Notes: generated by a model not told the origin, from the sequence alone. Numbered from the stretch's first letter, positions 7,997 to 17,216 are shown. The stretch: 50,826 nt of DNA from an uncultured Candidatus Saccharibacteria bacterium (GCA_964639325.1 CAZXDO010000006.1:1-50826), one strand, 5' to 3'. Made by a program: numbers and translations.

Positions 7997-8380
7997 ATGA
8001 GAATTAGCGGTGTTAATATACCAGACGATAAAAAAATAAAGATTTCTCTTACTTATCTTTTTGGGGTAGGTATTTCTAATGCTTTGAAAATTCTTGAAAA
8101 AACTGGTATTGATAAAGAAAAAAGGACTAAGGATTTAAAGCCTGAAGAAGTTTCTAAAATTCAGAAACTGATTGACAATGGATATGTAATTGAAGGTGAA
8201 CTTAGACAAGATCACAAAAAAAATGTAAGTCGGTTGAAAAACATTAATAGCTACCGTGGTGACCGCCACTCTAGAAAATTACCCCTTCATGGACAGAGGA
8301 CAAAAACTAATTCCCGCACTGTAAGAGGAAATGTTAGAAGAACAGCCGGAAGCGGAAAACGTAAAACCGAGCTTAAGTAA
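7997..8380 (+). CDS. rpsM: 30S ribosomal protein S13
   Basis: MRISGVNIPDDKKIKISLTYLFGVG... with a basic C-terminus. Conserved operon position. Confidence 0.95.
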   Translation: MRISGVNIPDDKKIKISLTYLFGVGISNALKILEKTGIDKEKRTKDLKPEEVSKIQKLIDNGYVIEGELRQDHKKNVSRLKNINSYRGDRHSRKLPLHGQRTKTNSRTVRGNVRRTAGSGKRKTELK

Positions 8381-8396
8381 ATTTTATTAATTTAGT

Positions 8397-8852
8397 ATGG
8401 GAAAAAAACAAATTATTGAAAAAACACAAGAGGAGACAGCGGAAGAAGCAAGAAAAGTTGAAGAAAAGAAAGCTAAACAAGTAAGCTCTGGAACCAAAAA
8501 AAAGAAAATTCAAAAAGGAAGAGTTTATATTAAAGCTTCTTACAACAACACCTTTATAAGTATTACTGATGAGAATGGCAATATTATTACTTGGATGTCT
8601 GCCGGATCGCTTGGTTTTTCGGGTCCCAAGAAAGCCACTCCCTTTGCTGCCTCTAAAGTAACTGAAGCTATCGCTGAAAAAATATCTAGAACAGGACCTT
8701 TTGAGGTAGAAGTTTATCTCAAAGGAATAGGACCGGGCAGAGATTCAGTTTTAAGAACTTTAAATGCTAAGGGTTTTGATGTTACCTCTATTGAAGACAT
8801 TACCCCAATTCCACATAATGGTCCGAGACCAAGAAAACCAAGAAGAGTATAG
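8397..8852 (+). CDS. rpsK: 30S ribosomal protein S11 (with about 25-aa K/E-rich N-terminal extension)
   Basis: GRVYIKASYNNTFISITDENGN...GSLGFSGPKKATPFAA... Confidence 0.95.
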   Translation: MGKKQIIEKTQEETAEEARKVEEKKAKQVSSGTKKKKIQKGRVYIKASYNNTFISITDENGNIITWMSAGSLGFSGPKKATPFAASKVTEAIAEKISRTGPFEVEVYLKGIGPGRDSVLRTLNAKGFDVTSIEDITPIPHNGPRPRKPRRV

Positions 8853-8863
8853 AATAAAAAATT

Positions 8864-9472
8864 ATGAGACAAAGAGCAAAAGAAAAAAAAGAAAGAGCCT
8901 TAGGTGAAAAACTGTTTCTTAAAGCAGAACGGTGTAATTCTCATAAATGTGTTATGGTTCGCCGGCCTTTCCCGCCCGGTCAACATGGCCAAAAACAAAG
9001 AAGACGCCCTTCTGAATACGGGCGCCAGCTTATGGAAAAACAGAAAATAGCTATTGTTTATGGGTTAACCAATAAACAAATGTCTAATATTTTCGAAAAA
9101 CACGCCGGGGATCCTAAGAAAATAGTTTCTATTCTTGAAAAACGCCTTGATCGAGTTGTGTATTATTTAGGCTTTGCTCTTTCACCGCGTGTTGCCCGCC
9201 AAATTGTTTCCCATGGACACATTATGGTAAATGGTCGTAAAACAAATATACCTTCTTATAATGTTAAAGAAGGTGATGTTATTAGTATCCGCCCCCAATC
9301 AAGTAAAAGTAAAATTTTCGAAGATTTGGATACCCGTCTCAAAAAAAATAAAACACCGGACTGGTTAAAACTTGACACTGACAAGAAAGAAGGGAAGTGT
9401 ATTGGGGAACCAGAGGAAGATGCAATTCTTCCTTTTGATATAAACCTTGTTGGAGAATTCTATTCTCGATAA
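8864..9472 (+). CDS. rpsD: 30S ribosomal protein S4
   Basis: S4 N-terminal region plus S4 RNA-binding domain (LDRVVYYLGFALSPRVARQIVSHGHIMVNGRKTNIPSY). Confidence 0.95.
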   Translation: MRQRAKEKKERALGEKLFLKAERCNSHKCVMVRRPFPPGQHGQKQRRRPSEYGRQLMEKQKIAIVYGLTNKQMSNIFEKHAGDPKKIVSILEKRLDRVVYYLGFALSPRVARQIVSHGHIMVNGRKTNIPSYNVKEGDVISIRPQSSKSKIFEDLDTRLKKNKTPDWLKLDTDKKEGKCIGEPEEDAILPFDINLVGEFYSR

Positions 9473-9474
9473 GG

Positions 9475-9512
9475 AACAAACAGTTATAAAAATCTGTTTG
9501 TTTTTATTAAAA
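9475..9512 (+). terminator. hairpin plus T/A-rich tract between rpsD and rpoA (terminator or attenuator)
   Basis: AACAAACAG 9475-9483 pairs with CTGTTTGTT 9494-9502, followed by TTTATTAAAA. Confidence 0.45.
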
Positions 9513-9551
9513 AAGCTAATCTCAATAAATAAATATAAATAATTTAAAAAT

Positions 9552-10361
9552 ATGGAATATAAGTATTTAAGCGATACCGTTGAGGTTAAAAAAGTAAAAG
9601 AGACAGATACTGTTGGTACTTTTCATATTGAAGGCCTTTATGCCGGATATGGTACTACTATTGGCAACTCGCTCAGAAGAGTTTTACTTTCCTCTCTTCC
9701 CGGTGCAGCAATTTCTCAAGTTAAAATAAAAGGTGTAAAACACGAATTTTCAACTATTCCCGGAATGATGGAGGATGTAGTTGAATTTACTATGAATCTT
9801 AAGAAAGTTAGGTTTAACTTTAAAGCAGAAGAACCGCAAACCCTTAAACTTAAAGTTAAAGGACAAAAAGATGTAAAAGCCGGTGACATTGAATCAACTA
9901 CTTTAGTTGAAGTGGTTAACAAAGATCTTTATCTCGCCAGTTTAACCGATAAAAAAACCGAACTTGATATTGAGGTAACAGTTGATAAAGGTCTTGGTTA
10001 TGTTCCGGTTGAAGACAGAAAAAACGAACGTTTGCCTATCGGCACTATTGTTCTTGATTGTATTTACTCTCCCATAAAAAATGTTCAATTTGATGTTGAG
10101 TATATGCGTGTGGGAGAAGACACTGACTATAACCGTCTCAAGATAACTATTGAAACTGATGGTTCAATTTCTCCCTCTAGAGCCTTTCATCAAGCTTCAA
10201 ATATTTTAAGCGACCACTATGGAAAAATATCTGCATCAAGCAAGCCCGCCGAAAAGCAAAAAACAGTAAAAGAAGAAAAAGTGAAAGAAACAAAAGAGGA
10301 AAAACCGAAAACCAAGAAAACTGAAAATAAAAAAACTACTAAAAAAACAACAAAGAAATAA
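9552..10361 (+). CDS. rpoA: DNA-directed RNA polymerase alpha subunit, N-terminal domain only, with Lys-rich tail
   Basis: NTD motifs are present (GYGTTIGNSLRRVLLSSLPGAAISQVKIKGVKHEFSTIPGMMEDV). The protein is 269 aa and ends KPAEKQKTVKEEKVKETKEEKPKTKKTENKKTTKKTTKK instead of an alpha-CTD. Confidence 0.92.
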   Translation: MEYKYLSDTVEVKKVKETDTVGTFHIEGLYAGYGTTIGNSLRRVLLSSLPGAAISQVKIKGVKHEFSTIPGMMEDVVEFTMNLKKVRFNFKAEEPQTLKLKVKGQKDVKAGDIESTTLVEVVNKDLYLASLTDKKTELDIEVTVDKGLGYVPVEDRKNERLPIGTIVLDCIYSPIKNVQFDVEYMRVGEDTDYNRLKITIETDGSISPSRAFHQASNILSDHYGKISASSKPAEKQKTVKEEKVKETKEEKPKTKKTENKKTTKKTTKK

Positions 10362-10387
10362 TTTGATTTGTAAGTTTATTTATTAAA

Positions 10388-10738
10388 ATGCGTCATTTAA
10401 AGAAAGGAAGAAAACTTAAAAGAAAAAGAGGGCAGCGCCGAGCTCTCCTTAATACTTTGGCTGTTAGTCTTGTAAAGTATGGAAAAATAAAAACAACAGA
10501 AGCTAAGGCTAAAGAGCTCCGTCCTTTTGTTGAACGCCTTGTGACTTACGGAAAAAAACAGGACGTTTCTAATCTTCGCAGAATTATGAAATTTATTCCT
10601 AAAGACTTTGCCCTTAAGGTTCAAAATGAGATAGCTCCTCGTTATGTTGATAGAAAAGGGGGTTATACTCGCATAACCAAGCTTGCCCAAAGAAGGGTAA
10701 ATGATGGGGCCGAAATGGCAACAATTGAATTTGTATAA
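10388..10738 (+). CDS. rplQ: 50S ribosomal protein L17
   Basis: MRHLKKGRKLKRKRGQRRALLNTLAVSL...GGYTRITKL... Confidence 0.95.
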   Translation: MRHLKKGRKLKRKRGQRRALLNTLAVSLVKYGKIKTTEAKAKELRPFVERLVTYGKKQDVSNLRRIMKFIPKDFALKVQNEIAPRYVDRKGGYTRITKLAQRRVNDGAEMATIEFV

Positions 10739-10742
10739 AATT

Positions 10743-11108
10743 ATGAAAAAAGAAAATCAAACAAAAGAATACACAATAGATGCCAAAGGTAAAAAGCTAG
10801 GACGTTTAGCTACTGAAATAAGTATGCTTTTACAAGGCAAGAATGATCCTTCATTTGATCCAAGTAAGTTAAGTGATGTTAAGGTAAAAGTAGAGAACTT
10901 GAAAGACGTTGAAGTTTCCGGTAAAAAAGCAGAACAAAAAATTTATTACAGACATGCCGGACGTTTAGGCCACTTAAAAGAAGTTGTTTATTCCAAAATG
11001 TTTGAAAAGAAACCTGAATGGGTTTTAAAGCACGCCGTTCGCCTTATGCTTCCTAAAAATAAACTTGCTAAAAAAAGACTTCAAAATTTAATTATTGAAG
11101 ATAAATAA
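10743..11108 (+). CDS. rplM: 50S ribosomal protein L13
   Basis: ORF track starts at 10701, inside rplQ. The ATG at 10743 gives MKKENQTKEYTIDAKGKKLGRLATEISMLLQGK, a typical L13 N-terminus. Confidence 0.92.
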   Translation: MKKENQTKEYTIDAKGKKLGRLATEISMLLQGKNDPSFDPSKLSDVKVKVENLKDVEVSGKKAEQKIYYRHAGRLGHLKEVVYSKMFEKKPEWVLKHAVRLMLPKNKLAKKRLQNLIIEDK

Positions 11109-11112
11109 TAAT

Positions 11113-11517
11113 ATGGTTGATAAAAAAACAGAAAAATACATAGAAGGAATTGGAAGAAGAAAAACTGCTTCTGCTAGGGTAAGAATATATCCCGGTTCTA
11201 AATCTGGAACTTTTAAAGTTAACGAAAAAGATTTAAAAGATTATTTCTCTACTTCTAAGCAAGAAAAAACAGCTCTTGCTCCTTTTGAACTTTTAGGTGA
11301 AAAGTTTAAAATTACCGTCCAGATTGAAGGCGGAGGGTCAAACGCCCAAGCTGAAGCTGTTCGTCACGGACTATCCAGAGCTTTGGTTAAGCATAACGAG
11401 AAATGGAGAAAAGAATTAAAAGAACGAGGATTTCTAACTCGTGATCCGAGAATGAAAGAGTCAAAGAAACCTGGCCTTAAAGGAGCCCGCAGAGCAAAAC
11501 AATGGAGAAAACGATAG
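11113..11517 (+). CDS. rpsI: 30S ribosomal protein S9
   Basis: The ATG at 11113 gives MVDKKTEKYIEGIGRRKTASARVRIYPG... and the protein ends ...KQWRKR. The ORF track start at 11095 overlaps rplM. Confidence 0.92.
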   Translation: MVDKKTEKYIEGIGRRKTASARVRIYPGSKSGTFKVNEKDLKDYFSTSKQEKTALAPFELLGEKFKITVQIEGGGSNAQAEAVRHGLSRALVKHNEKWRKELKERGFLTRDPRMKESKKPGLKGARRAKQWRKR

Positions 11518-11550
11518 TTTTCTCTATTGTTTTAAAAACACCTTTGTAAT

Positions 11551-11592
11551 CAACTTGGGGGTTCCCGACACCCCCAAGTTGTTGTGGATAAC
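11551..11592. repeat. GC-hairpin / DnaA-box element, copy 3 (box on the 3' side)
   Basis: Stem CAACTTGGGGG 11551-11561, loop TTCCCGACA, stem CCCCCAAGTTG 11571-11581, then T and TGTGGATAA 11583-11591. Confidence 0.9.
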
Positions 11593-11639
11593 TTGAAATG
11601 TTAATTGGTGTGGTTTGTTGTGAAAAATAGTGCTAATAA

Positions 11640-11668
11640 TTGACATTTAGGGGGTTAAAGCGCAAAAT
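11640..11668 (+). promoter_or_regulatory. candidate promoter upstream of mreB
   Basis: TTGACA 11640-11645, 17-nt spacer, CAAAAT 11663-11668. Confidence 0.35.
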
Positions 11669-11696
11669 GAAAATACTTTAATTTAATTATTTTAAA

Positions 11697-12707
11697 ATGT
11701 TTATTAGAAGAATAGGTATTGATCTTGGAACCACCAACACTCTTGTCTTTCTTCCCGATAAAGGGATTGTTATTAACGAACCAACCGCTGTAGCTATTAA
11801 AAAACCCGAAAATATAGTTTTGGCCGTGGGAGCTGAAGCAAAAGAAATGGTTGGCCGGACCCCAGAAAATATTGTTACCTATCGCCCGCTAAAAGAGGGT
11901 GTAATTGCTGATTATTATATCACCCAAAAAATGTTGAAATACTTTATTGGGAAGAGTGTTGGATCCTTTAATTTTTTCAGGCCCGATGTGGTTATTTCCG
12001 TCCCTGCGGGTATTACCTCTACTGAATTTAGGGCAGTTATGAACGCCGCTAAAGAAGCCGGCGCCAAAAATGTTTATTTAGTCAAGGAGCCCCTTCTCGC
12101 TGCCTTGGGGGCAGGTATTCCTATTCATTCCTCTGAAGGGAATATGATTGTTAATATTGGAGGAGGCACTACTGAAGTAGCGGTTATTTCTTTAGGAGGT
12201 ATTGTTGCCTGGTCCAGCCTAAGAGTTGCCGGAAACCTTTTTGATAAATCAATCACCGAATATATTAAAAAGAAGTATAATCTTGCTATAGGTGAATCAA
12301 CCGCTGAAAATATAAAAATAAATATAGGAACAGCTCTTAACGGCAAAGACGATATGGAAATGAAAATAAGAGGAAGGGATCTTGGAACAGGTCTTCCTAG
12401 GGATTTGGTAATAAATTCCAACGAAATTGCCGGAGCTATAAATTCCCACCTTGTTAATATAGTTAACGAAGTCCAGTCAGTTTTTAATGTTACGCCCCCT
12501 GAGTTAGCTGCGGATATTATGGAGAAAGGAATTATTCTTTCCGGAGGAAGTTCTCAACTTCGCAGAATTGACGAGTTTTTTAATCGTTCTTTAGGAGTTC
12601 CGACTTATCGAGCCGAACATCCCTTCTATTGTGTTTCTAAGGGTACTGCCACGATTTTAAGCCATCTTAATGTGTACCAACGCACTCTTTTGAACAAATA
12701 CTCCTAA
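11697..12707 (+). CDS. mreB: rod shape-determining actin homologue MreB (paralogue 1)
   Basis: [13 protein letters not shown]...VINEPTAVAI...VKEPLLAALGAGIP...NIGGGTTEVAVISLGG...SGGSSQL. Confidence 0.93.
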   Translation: MFIRRIGIDLGTTNTLVFLPDKGIVINEPTAVAIKKPENIVLAVGAEAKEMVGRTPENIVTYRPLKEGVIADYYITQKMLKYFIGKSVGSFNFFRPDVVISVPAGITSTEFRAVMNAAKEAGAKNVYLVKEPLLAALGAGIPIHSSEGNMIVNIGGGTTEVAVISLGGIVAWSSLRVAGNLFDKSITEYIKKKYNLAIGESTAENIKINIGTALNGKDDMEMKIRGRDLGTGLPRDLVINSNEIAGAINSHLVNIVNEVQSVFNVTPPELAADIMEKGIILSGGSSQLRRIDEFFNRSLGVPTYRAEHPFYCVSKGTATILSHLNVYQRTLLNKYS

Positions 12708-12711
12708 TCCT

Positions 12712-13494
12712 ATGATTTACGGGCACAAACAGAAAGAGGTTTTTTTCAAGAATATTATTTCCCGTGAAAATCTTGGAAAAGCTCATCTTGGCCACGCTTA
12801 TCTTTTTTTTGGTGAACCTCAAATAGGAAAATATCATTTTACAAAACACCTTTCTTATTTTTTAGAATACGGAAAATTTGAAATTCTTGAAAAACCTCTT
12901 CTTGATACTTTTGTTATAAAATCTGAAGAAGGGGGTAAAATAGGCGTTGATAAAGTTAAAGAAATAAAAAGATTTCTTTTTCAAAAACCTTTTCATTCTA
13001 ACAAAAGAATTGCGGTGATAAACGATGCCGAAAACATGACCTCTGAAGCCCAAGCAAGTCTTCTTAAAATTGTAGAAGAATCTCCTTCTCATAATCTTTT
13101 AATTTTTATTGTTAAAAATCCTCAATCTTTACTTCCTCCTCTTGTTTCCCGCCTTCAAAAAATTTATTTCTCCCATCTTTCTTCTGAAAAAATAAAAAAT
13201 ATATTAGTTAAAGATTTTAAAACACCGGAAAAAAAAGCAAAAGAAATAACAGAAAAATCACTTGGACACTTGGGAAAAGCTCTGAATTTACTAAACCAAG
13301 AAGAAGAAAATAATAGCGAGGAAAATATTGAAAAATTTGTTGAAGATAAAATTTTATCCCTCTTTATTGAAGATAAATTAAAAAATACAGAAACCTTAAA
13401 ATGGCTCATTGCCAAAGAAAAAGAAATAAAACGTTTTAACTTAAATCCTAAACTTCAGAATAAAGTAATTAAGGCTAGGATAAAGCAAGTATAA
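12712..13494 (+). CDS. holB: DNA polymerase III delta' subunit-like AAA+ clamp-loader protein
   Basis: HAYLFFGEPQIGKYHF (degenerate P-loop) and AVINDAENMTSEAQASLLKIVEESP. 260 aa. Confidence 0.7.
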   Translation: MIYGHKQKEVFFKNIISRENLGKAHLGHAYLFFGEPQIGKYHFTKHLSYFLEYGKFEILEKPLLDTFVIKSEEGGKIGVDKVKEIKRFLFQKPFHSNKRIAVINDAENMTSEAQASLLKIVEESPSHNLLIFIVKNPQSLLPPLVSRLQKIYFSHLSSEKIKNILVKDFKTPEKKAKEITEKSLGHLGKALNLLNQEEENNSEENIEKFVEDKILSLFIEDKLKNTETLKWLIAKEKEIKRFNLNPKLQNKVIKARIKQV

Positions 13495-13527
13495 AGGAGT
13501 TATTTTTTGTGGTATTATTAGTAAATA

Positions 13528-14298
13528 ATGAGTTTTTTGTTTAGATTAGTTCTTGCTGTTGGTATAGGAGCGGCCATATTTTTTCTTGTTACCGGAAGCA
13601 CTCCTAGCAATCTTCCTAAACCAACGGAAGAGGGTTTTAAGGTTGAAACTGATGATTCTAGTACCGTTAGTGAATGGAAAGAAAAAATTAAAAATATTTT
13701 TTCTGAAAATTCAACTAGTACAGAAATAGAAAGCGGCAAGGAGAACGAAGACAAAGAAGCCGATGTTGAATTTTTTAAAAACCTTGTTTCTAAATCCGTT
13801 GAAGAAGGGGAGGCAAGCCCTGAAGAAACTGAAAGTGAAGCTAAGGAAGACAATTTCCTTCAAAAAGTAATTAATAACCTTAAAAATCAATTCAATATTG
13901 ATGACTCTGAAAAAGATGCGTCAGAAAAAGCTTTTTCTTTAAAAGTAGACAGCGTTCCCTCTTTTACTACCGTATGTTTTCCTGAAACAAAACAAACTTG
14001 CTCACCTTCCGGATGTAAAGAAACTTCTCCCAAAGTTGAATTTACTCTTCTTAATAAAGAAGAGTCAGTAATCGCTCATTGTGATTCTGAAGGTTGCGTT
14101 ACTTATGATGCGGAATATATAGAATCAGGAGATTATGAAAATTACCAGCCTACAAAACCGGAAGGTTATATAATTTCTAAACAGCTTAACCTGGAAGATA
14201 ATTCCGGTAGAAGTCCTTATATTGAAACCGTTATTAGGGGGATTGAAATAACTACTTATTTCGGTTATTGTCTTGAACGAGAAACTTCCGACAATTGA
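13528..14298 (+). CDS. hypothetical membrane-anchored protein with acidic linker and Cys-containing C-terminal domain
   Basis: 256-aa ORF with an N-terminal TM helix (LVLAVGIGAAIFFLV). No recognised family. Confidence 0.6.
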   Translation: MSFLFRLVLAVGIGAAIFFLVTGSTPSNLPKPTEEGFKVETDDSSTVSEWKEKIKNIFSENSTSTEIESGKENEDKEADVEFFKNLVSKSVEEGEASPEETESEAKEDNFLQKVINNLKNQFNIDDSEKDASEKAFSLKVDSVPSFTTVCFPETKQTCSPSGCKETSPKVEFTLLNKEESVIAHCDSEGCVTYDAEYIESGDYENYQPTKPEGYIISKQLNLEDNSGRSPYIETVIRGIEITTYFGYCLERETSDN

Positions 14299-14332
14299 TA
14301 ACAAAAATATTTAACTATATAATTAAAACTTA

Positions 14333-14884
14333 ATGCAAGATAATATTAATAATTTTAAACAGAAAATAAGCAGACTTATTTCCGATTTTAAAGAAGGATT
14401 AAAAAGTGTTCGGGCTAATCGGCCTAGCGCTGCTATGGTTGAAAATCTTGAAGTTGATTATTACGGAACCAAAACCCCTCTTAACCATTTAGCCTCTATT
14501 CAAATCCGCCCTCCGCGGGAGATAATAATTCAAGTTTGGGACGGTGATGCCGTGAAATCGGTTAGTGATGTTATTAATTCTTCTGATCTAGGTTTTACGG
14601 CCAATACCGAAGGAAACGTTATTAAGGTTTTTATCCCCGAATTATCCAGAGAAAGAAGAGAGGAGCTTATTAAATATATTAAAAACCAAGTTGAGGAATA
14701 TCGTATAAATATAAGAAACTTGAGAGATGAAGTTAACAAGGAAATTGATGCTAGAGAAAAATCAGGAGAAATAACCGAAGATGACAAATTTAGATTCAAA
14801 AAAGAAATTCAAGAAGAGACCGAGAAAGCTAATAAAGAAATAGAAGAAGTATTTGAAAATAAAAAAGAAGAGATTAGTCTTTAA
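14333..14884 (+). CDS. frr: ribosome recycling factor
   Basis: LKSVRANRPSAAMVENLEVDYYGTKTPLNHLASIQIRPPREIIIQVWD...IPELSRERREEL. Confidence 0.93.
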   Translation: MQDNINNFKQKISRLISDFKEGLKSVRANRPSAAMVENLEVDYYGTKTPLNHLASIQIRPPREIIIQVWDGDAVKSVSDVINSSDLGFTANTEGNVIKVFIPELSRERREELIKYIKNQVEEYRINIRNLRDEVNKEIDAREKSGEITEDDKFRFKKEIQEETEKANKEIEEVFENKKEEISL

Positions 14885-14887
14885 TCT

Positions 14888-15946
14888 ATGATAATTATTT
14901 ATGTAATAATCGGGCTTTCTTTATTGATCCTGGTTCACGAGCTAGGCCATTTTTTTGTTGCTAAAATGTTTGGTATAAGAGTTGATGAATTTGGTTTTGG
15001 TTACCCCCCTCGTCTTTTTTCTAAAAAATATGGAGAAACTGAGTATTCTATTAATGCTCTTCCTTTTGGAGGATTTGTAAAAATATATGGTGAAGATGAA
15101 ACTAAGGTTAATGCATCTTCTTCGGATTTTAAAAGAAGCTTTGCTTACCAATCGTGGTTAAAGAGATCGGCAGTTCTCTTAGCCGGTGTTTTTATGAATA
15201 TAGTTCTTGCTTTCGTTCTCCTTTCTTTAGTTTTTATGGTAGGAGCTCCTAAATATATGGGTGTGGCTTCTGTAGCTGATGGCTCTCCCGCAGAAGAAGC
15301 AGGTCTTGAAGGGGGAGATATTATTTTAGAAGCAAGTGTTGGAGAAGATTTGTTATCCAGTCCTATTTCTACAGATAAATTTATTGAATTTGTAAATAAT
15401 CATAAAGGGGAGAATATTAACCTTACTATACAGAGAGATAATGAAACCTTTAAAGAAGAGCTTTTAGCAAGAAAAAATCCGCCCGCAGGAGAGGGTAGTA
15501 TTGGTATTGCTTTAGTAGATATGGGCATAGAAAAACAAGGCTTTTTCGGTGCCATTTGGCAAGGAATGAAAACCACCGGGCAACTCTTAAAAGGAATAGC
15601 AATTGGGTTTTATAATATTATTACCGGCATTTTTACTAATCCGGATATTGTTGAAAATATTGCTGGCCCTGTTGGTATATTTGTCATCACTAAACAAGCC
15701 GGTTCAATAGGCCTAATATATTTAGTTCAATTAATTGCCATAATTTCCCTTAATTTAGTTATTATTAATCTTTTGCCTTTTCCGGCTTTAGATGGAGGTC
15801 GTTTTCTTTTTATTCTTATTGAAAAGATTAAAGGTTCTCCGGTTTCCAATAAGTTTCAGATGGCAGCCAATGCTTTTGGCTTTATTCTTCTTATTTTGCT
15901 TATGATAATAGTTACCATAAAAGATATCGGTAATTTTATTCTTTAA
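14888..15946 (+). CDS. rseP: RIP metalloprotease RseP (M50 site-2 protease with PDZ domain)
   Basis: HELGHFFVAKMFGIRV zinc motif, PDZ-like SPAEEAGLEGGDIILE, and NLLPFPALDGG. Confidence 0.9.
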   Translation: MIIIYVIIGLSLLILVHELGHFFVAKMFGIRVDEFGFGYPPRLFSKKYGETEYSINALPFGGFVKIYGEDETKVNASSSDFKRSFAYQSWLKRSAVLLAGVFMNIVLAFVLLSLVFMVGAPKYMGVASVADGSPAEEAGLEGGDIILEASVGEDLLSSPISTDKFIEFVNNHKGENINLTIQRDNETFKEELLARKNPPAGEGSIGIALVDMGIEKQGFFGAIWQGMKTTGQLLKGIAIGFYNIITGIFTNPDIVENIAGPVGIFVITKQAGSIGLIYLVQLIAIISLNLVIINLLPFPALDGGRFLFILIEKIKGSPVSNKFQMAANAFGFILLILLMIIVTIKDIGNFIL

Positions 15947-15986
15947 AAGGTTAAAAAATAATAAAATTTAAGTTATAATAAAAAAT

Positions 15987-16520
15987 ATGAAAAAAATAAT
16001 TTTAATAGTTGTAATTATTGCCCTTGTTATCTTCGGTATATATTATTTTAACTCAGTTAAAAAAGAAAAAATTACTGAAATATCAAGTTTTGAGGAATGT
16101 GTTGAAGCCGGATATCCGGTTATGGAAAGTTACCCTCGAAAGTGCCAAGTTCCGGAAGGAGATCTTTTTTCAGAATATATCGGCAATGAATTTGAAAAAG
16201 TTGATTTTATATTTATAAACAATCCTCGCCCAAACCAAGAAATATCAAGTCCTCTTAATATTTCCGGAGAAGCTAGAGGATACTGGTATTTTGAAGCTGA
16301 TTTTCCAATAGAGCTCCTTGATGAAGACGGAAATGTTATAGGAACCGCAATTGCTTCTGCCAAAGATGATTGGATGACAGAAGATTTTGTTGAATTTGAG
16401 GCGGTTCTTGAATTTGAAAAACCTGAATCGCAGAAAGGCACCCTAATCCTTAAAAAAGATAATCCTTCAGGTCTTTCAGAAAACGATGACGAATTGATTG
16501 TTCCTGTGAAGTTTAATTAA
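15987..16520 (+). CDS. membrane-anchored protein with Gmad2-like immunoglobulin-like domain
   Basis: N-terminal TM helix. ISSPLNISGEARGYWYFEADFPIELLDEDGNVIG...DFVEFEAVLEF resembles the Gmad2/GerM-associated Ig-like domain. Confidence 0.6.
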   Translation: MKKIILIVVIIALVIFGIYYFNSVKKEKITEISSFEECVEAGYPVMESYPRKCQVPEGDLFSEYIGNEFEKVDFIFINNPRPNQEISSPLNISGEARGYWYFEADFPIELLDEDGNVIGTAIASAKDDWMTEDFVEFEAVLEFEKPESQKGTLILKKDNPSGLSENDDELIVPVKFN

Positions 16521-16528
16521 AGCTAAGC

Positions 16529-17155
16529 GTGAAAAAAACTCTTATCTTCATAATAATTGCAGTTTTAATAGTAGGAGGCCTTTATTTGATAAATCTTATT
16601 AATAATGAAGAAACAGACACCTCCGAAGAAGCTAAAGTTACTATCGCCGGTGAAGTTTTTGATATAGCAATGGACAACCGAATGATTTCTGTTACAAGAG
16701 AAAACAGTCCTCTTAGTAATTTTTTTGGTATAACCGTAAAAGATGATACAAGTTATTTTAACCAAAGCGGAGAAAAGATAACTTTTGAAAATATAGAAAA
16801 AGGCGACCTTATTTTTTCTGTAGGTAAAGGTGATGAAAATAATCTAACTTCCGACAGAATTATTCTTGTTAAAGAAAATTTAGAAATATTTTCTGAGACA
16901 GGGAATATAAGCATTAACGCTCCCGGTAGTGAACCGGGAATTGTTTACCTTGTTTACGAAAAGCCCGGCGCTCCGGCAAATAGCACCATCCTTAAAATGA
17001 CTGATTTTAGTATTTGTGATATGAGTCAAGATAATAAATCATGTTCTAATTTTAGAAACAATCCCAATTTTTATATAGGAGAAAGAGTTTCTGTTTACGG
17101 AACAAAAGAAGGAGATCTAGTTAATATTATTTATATTAAATCTGTTTCTGATTAA
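16529..17155 (+). CDS. hypothetical membrane-anchored protein
   Basis: 208-aa ORF with a GTG start and an N-terminal TM helix (LIFIIIAVLIVGGLYLI). Confidence 0.55.
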   Translation: MKKTLIFIIIAVLIVGGLYLINLINNEETDTSEEAKVTIAGEVFDIAMDNRMISVTRENSPLSNFFGITVKDDTSYFNQSGEKITFENIEKGDLIFSVGKGDENNLTSDRIILVKENLEIFSETGNISINAPGSEPGIVYLVYEKPGAPANSTILKMTDFSICDMSQDNKSCSNFRNNPNFYIGERVSVYGTKEGDLVNIIYIKSVSD

Positions 17156-17182
17156 GGAACTAGGTTTGTAATTTTTTAAAGA

Positions 17183-17216
17183 AAACAGCTCAATAGTTTT
17201 TGAGCTGTTTTATATT
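17183..17216 (+). terminator. AACAGCTCA-family intrinsic terminator, copy b
   Basis: AAACAGCTCA 17183-17192, loop ATAGTTTT, TGAGCTGTTT 17201-17210, then TATATT. Confidence 0.65.

Noticed and set aside
10701-11130. Upstream start codons given in the ORF track for rplM (10701), rpsI (11095), greA (22709) and hrcA (27959).
   Set aside because: Each extension overlaps the preceding gene or a regulatory site and adds non-conserved residues. Internal ATGs at 10743, 11113, 22733 and 28013 reproduce canonical N-termini.
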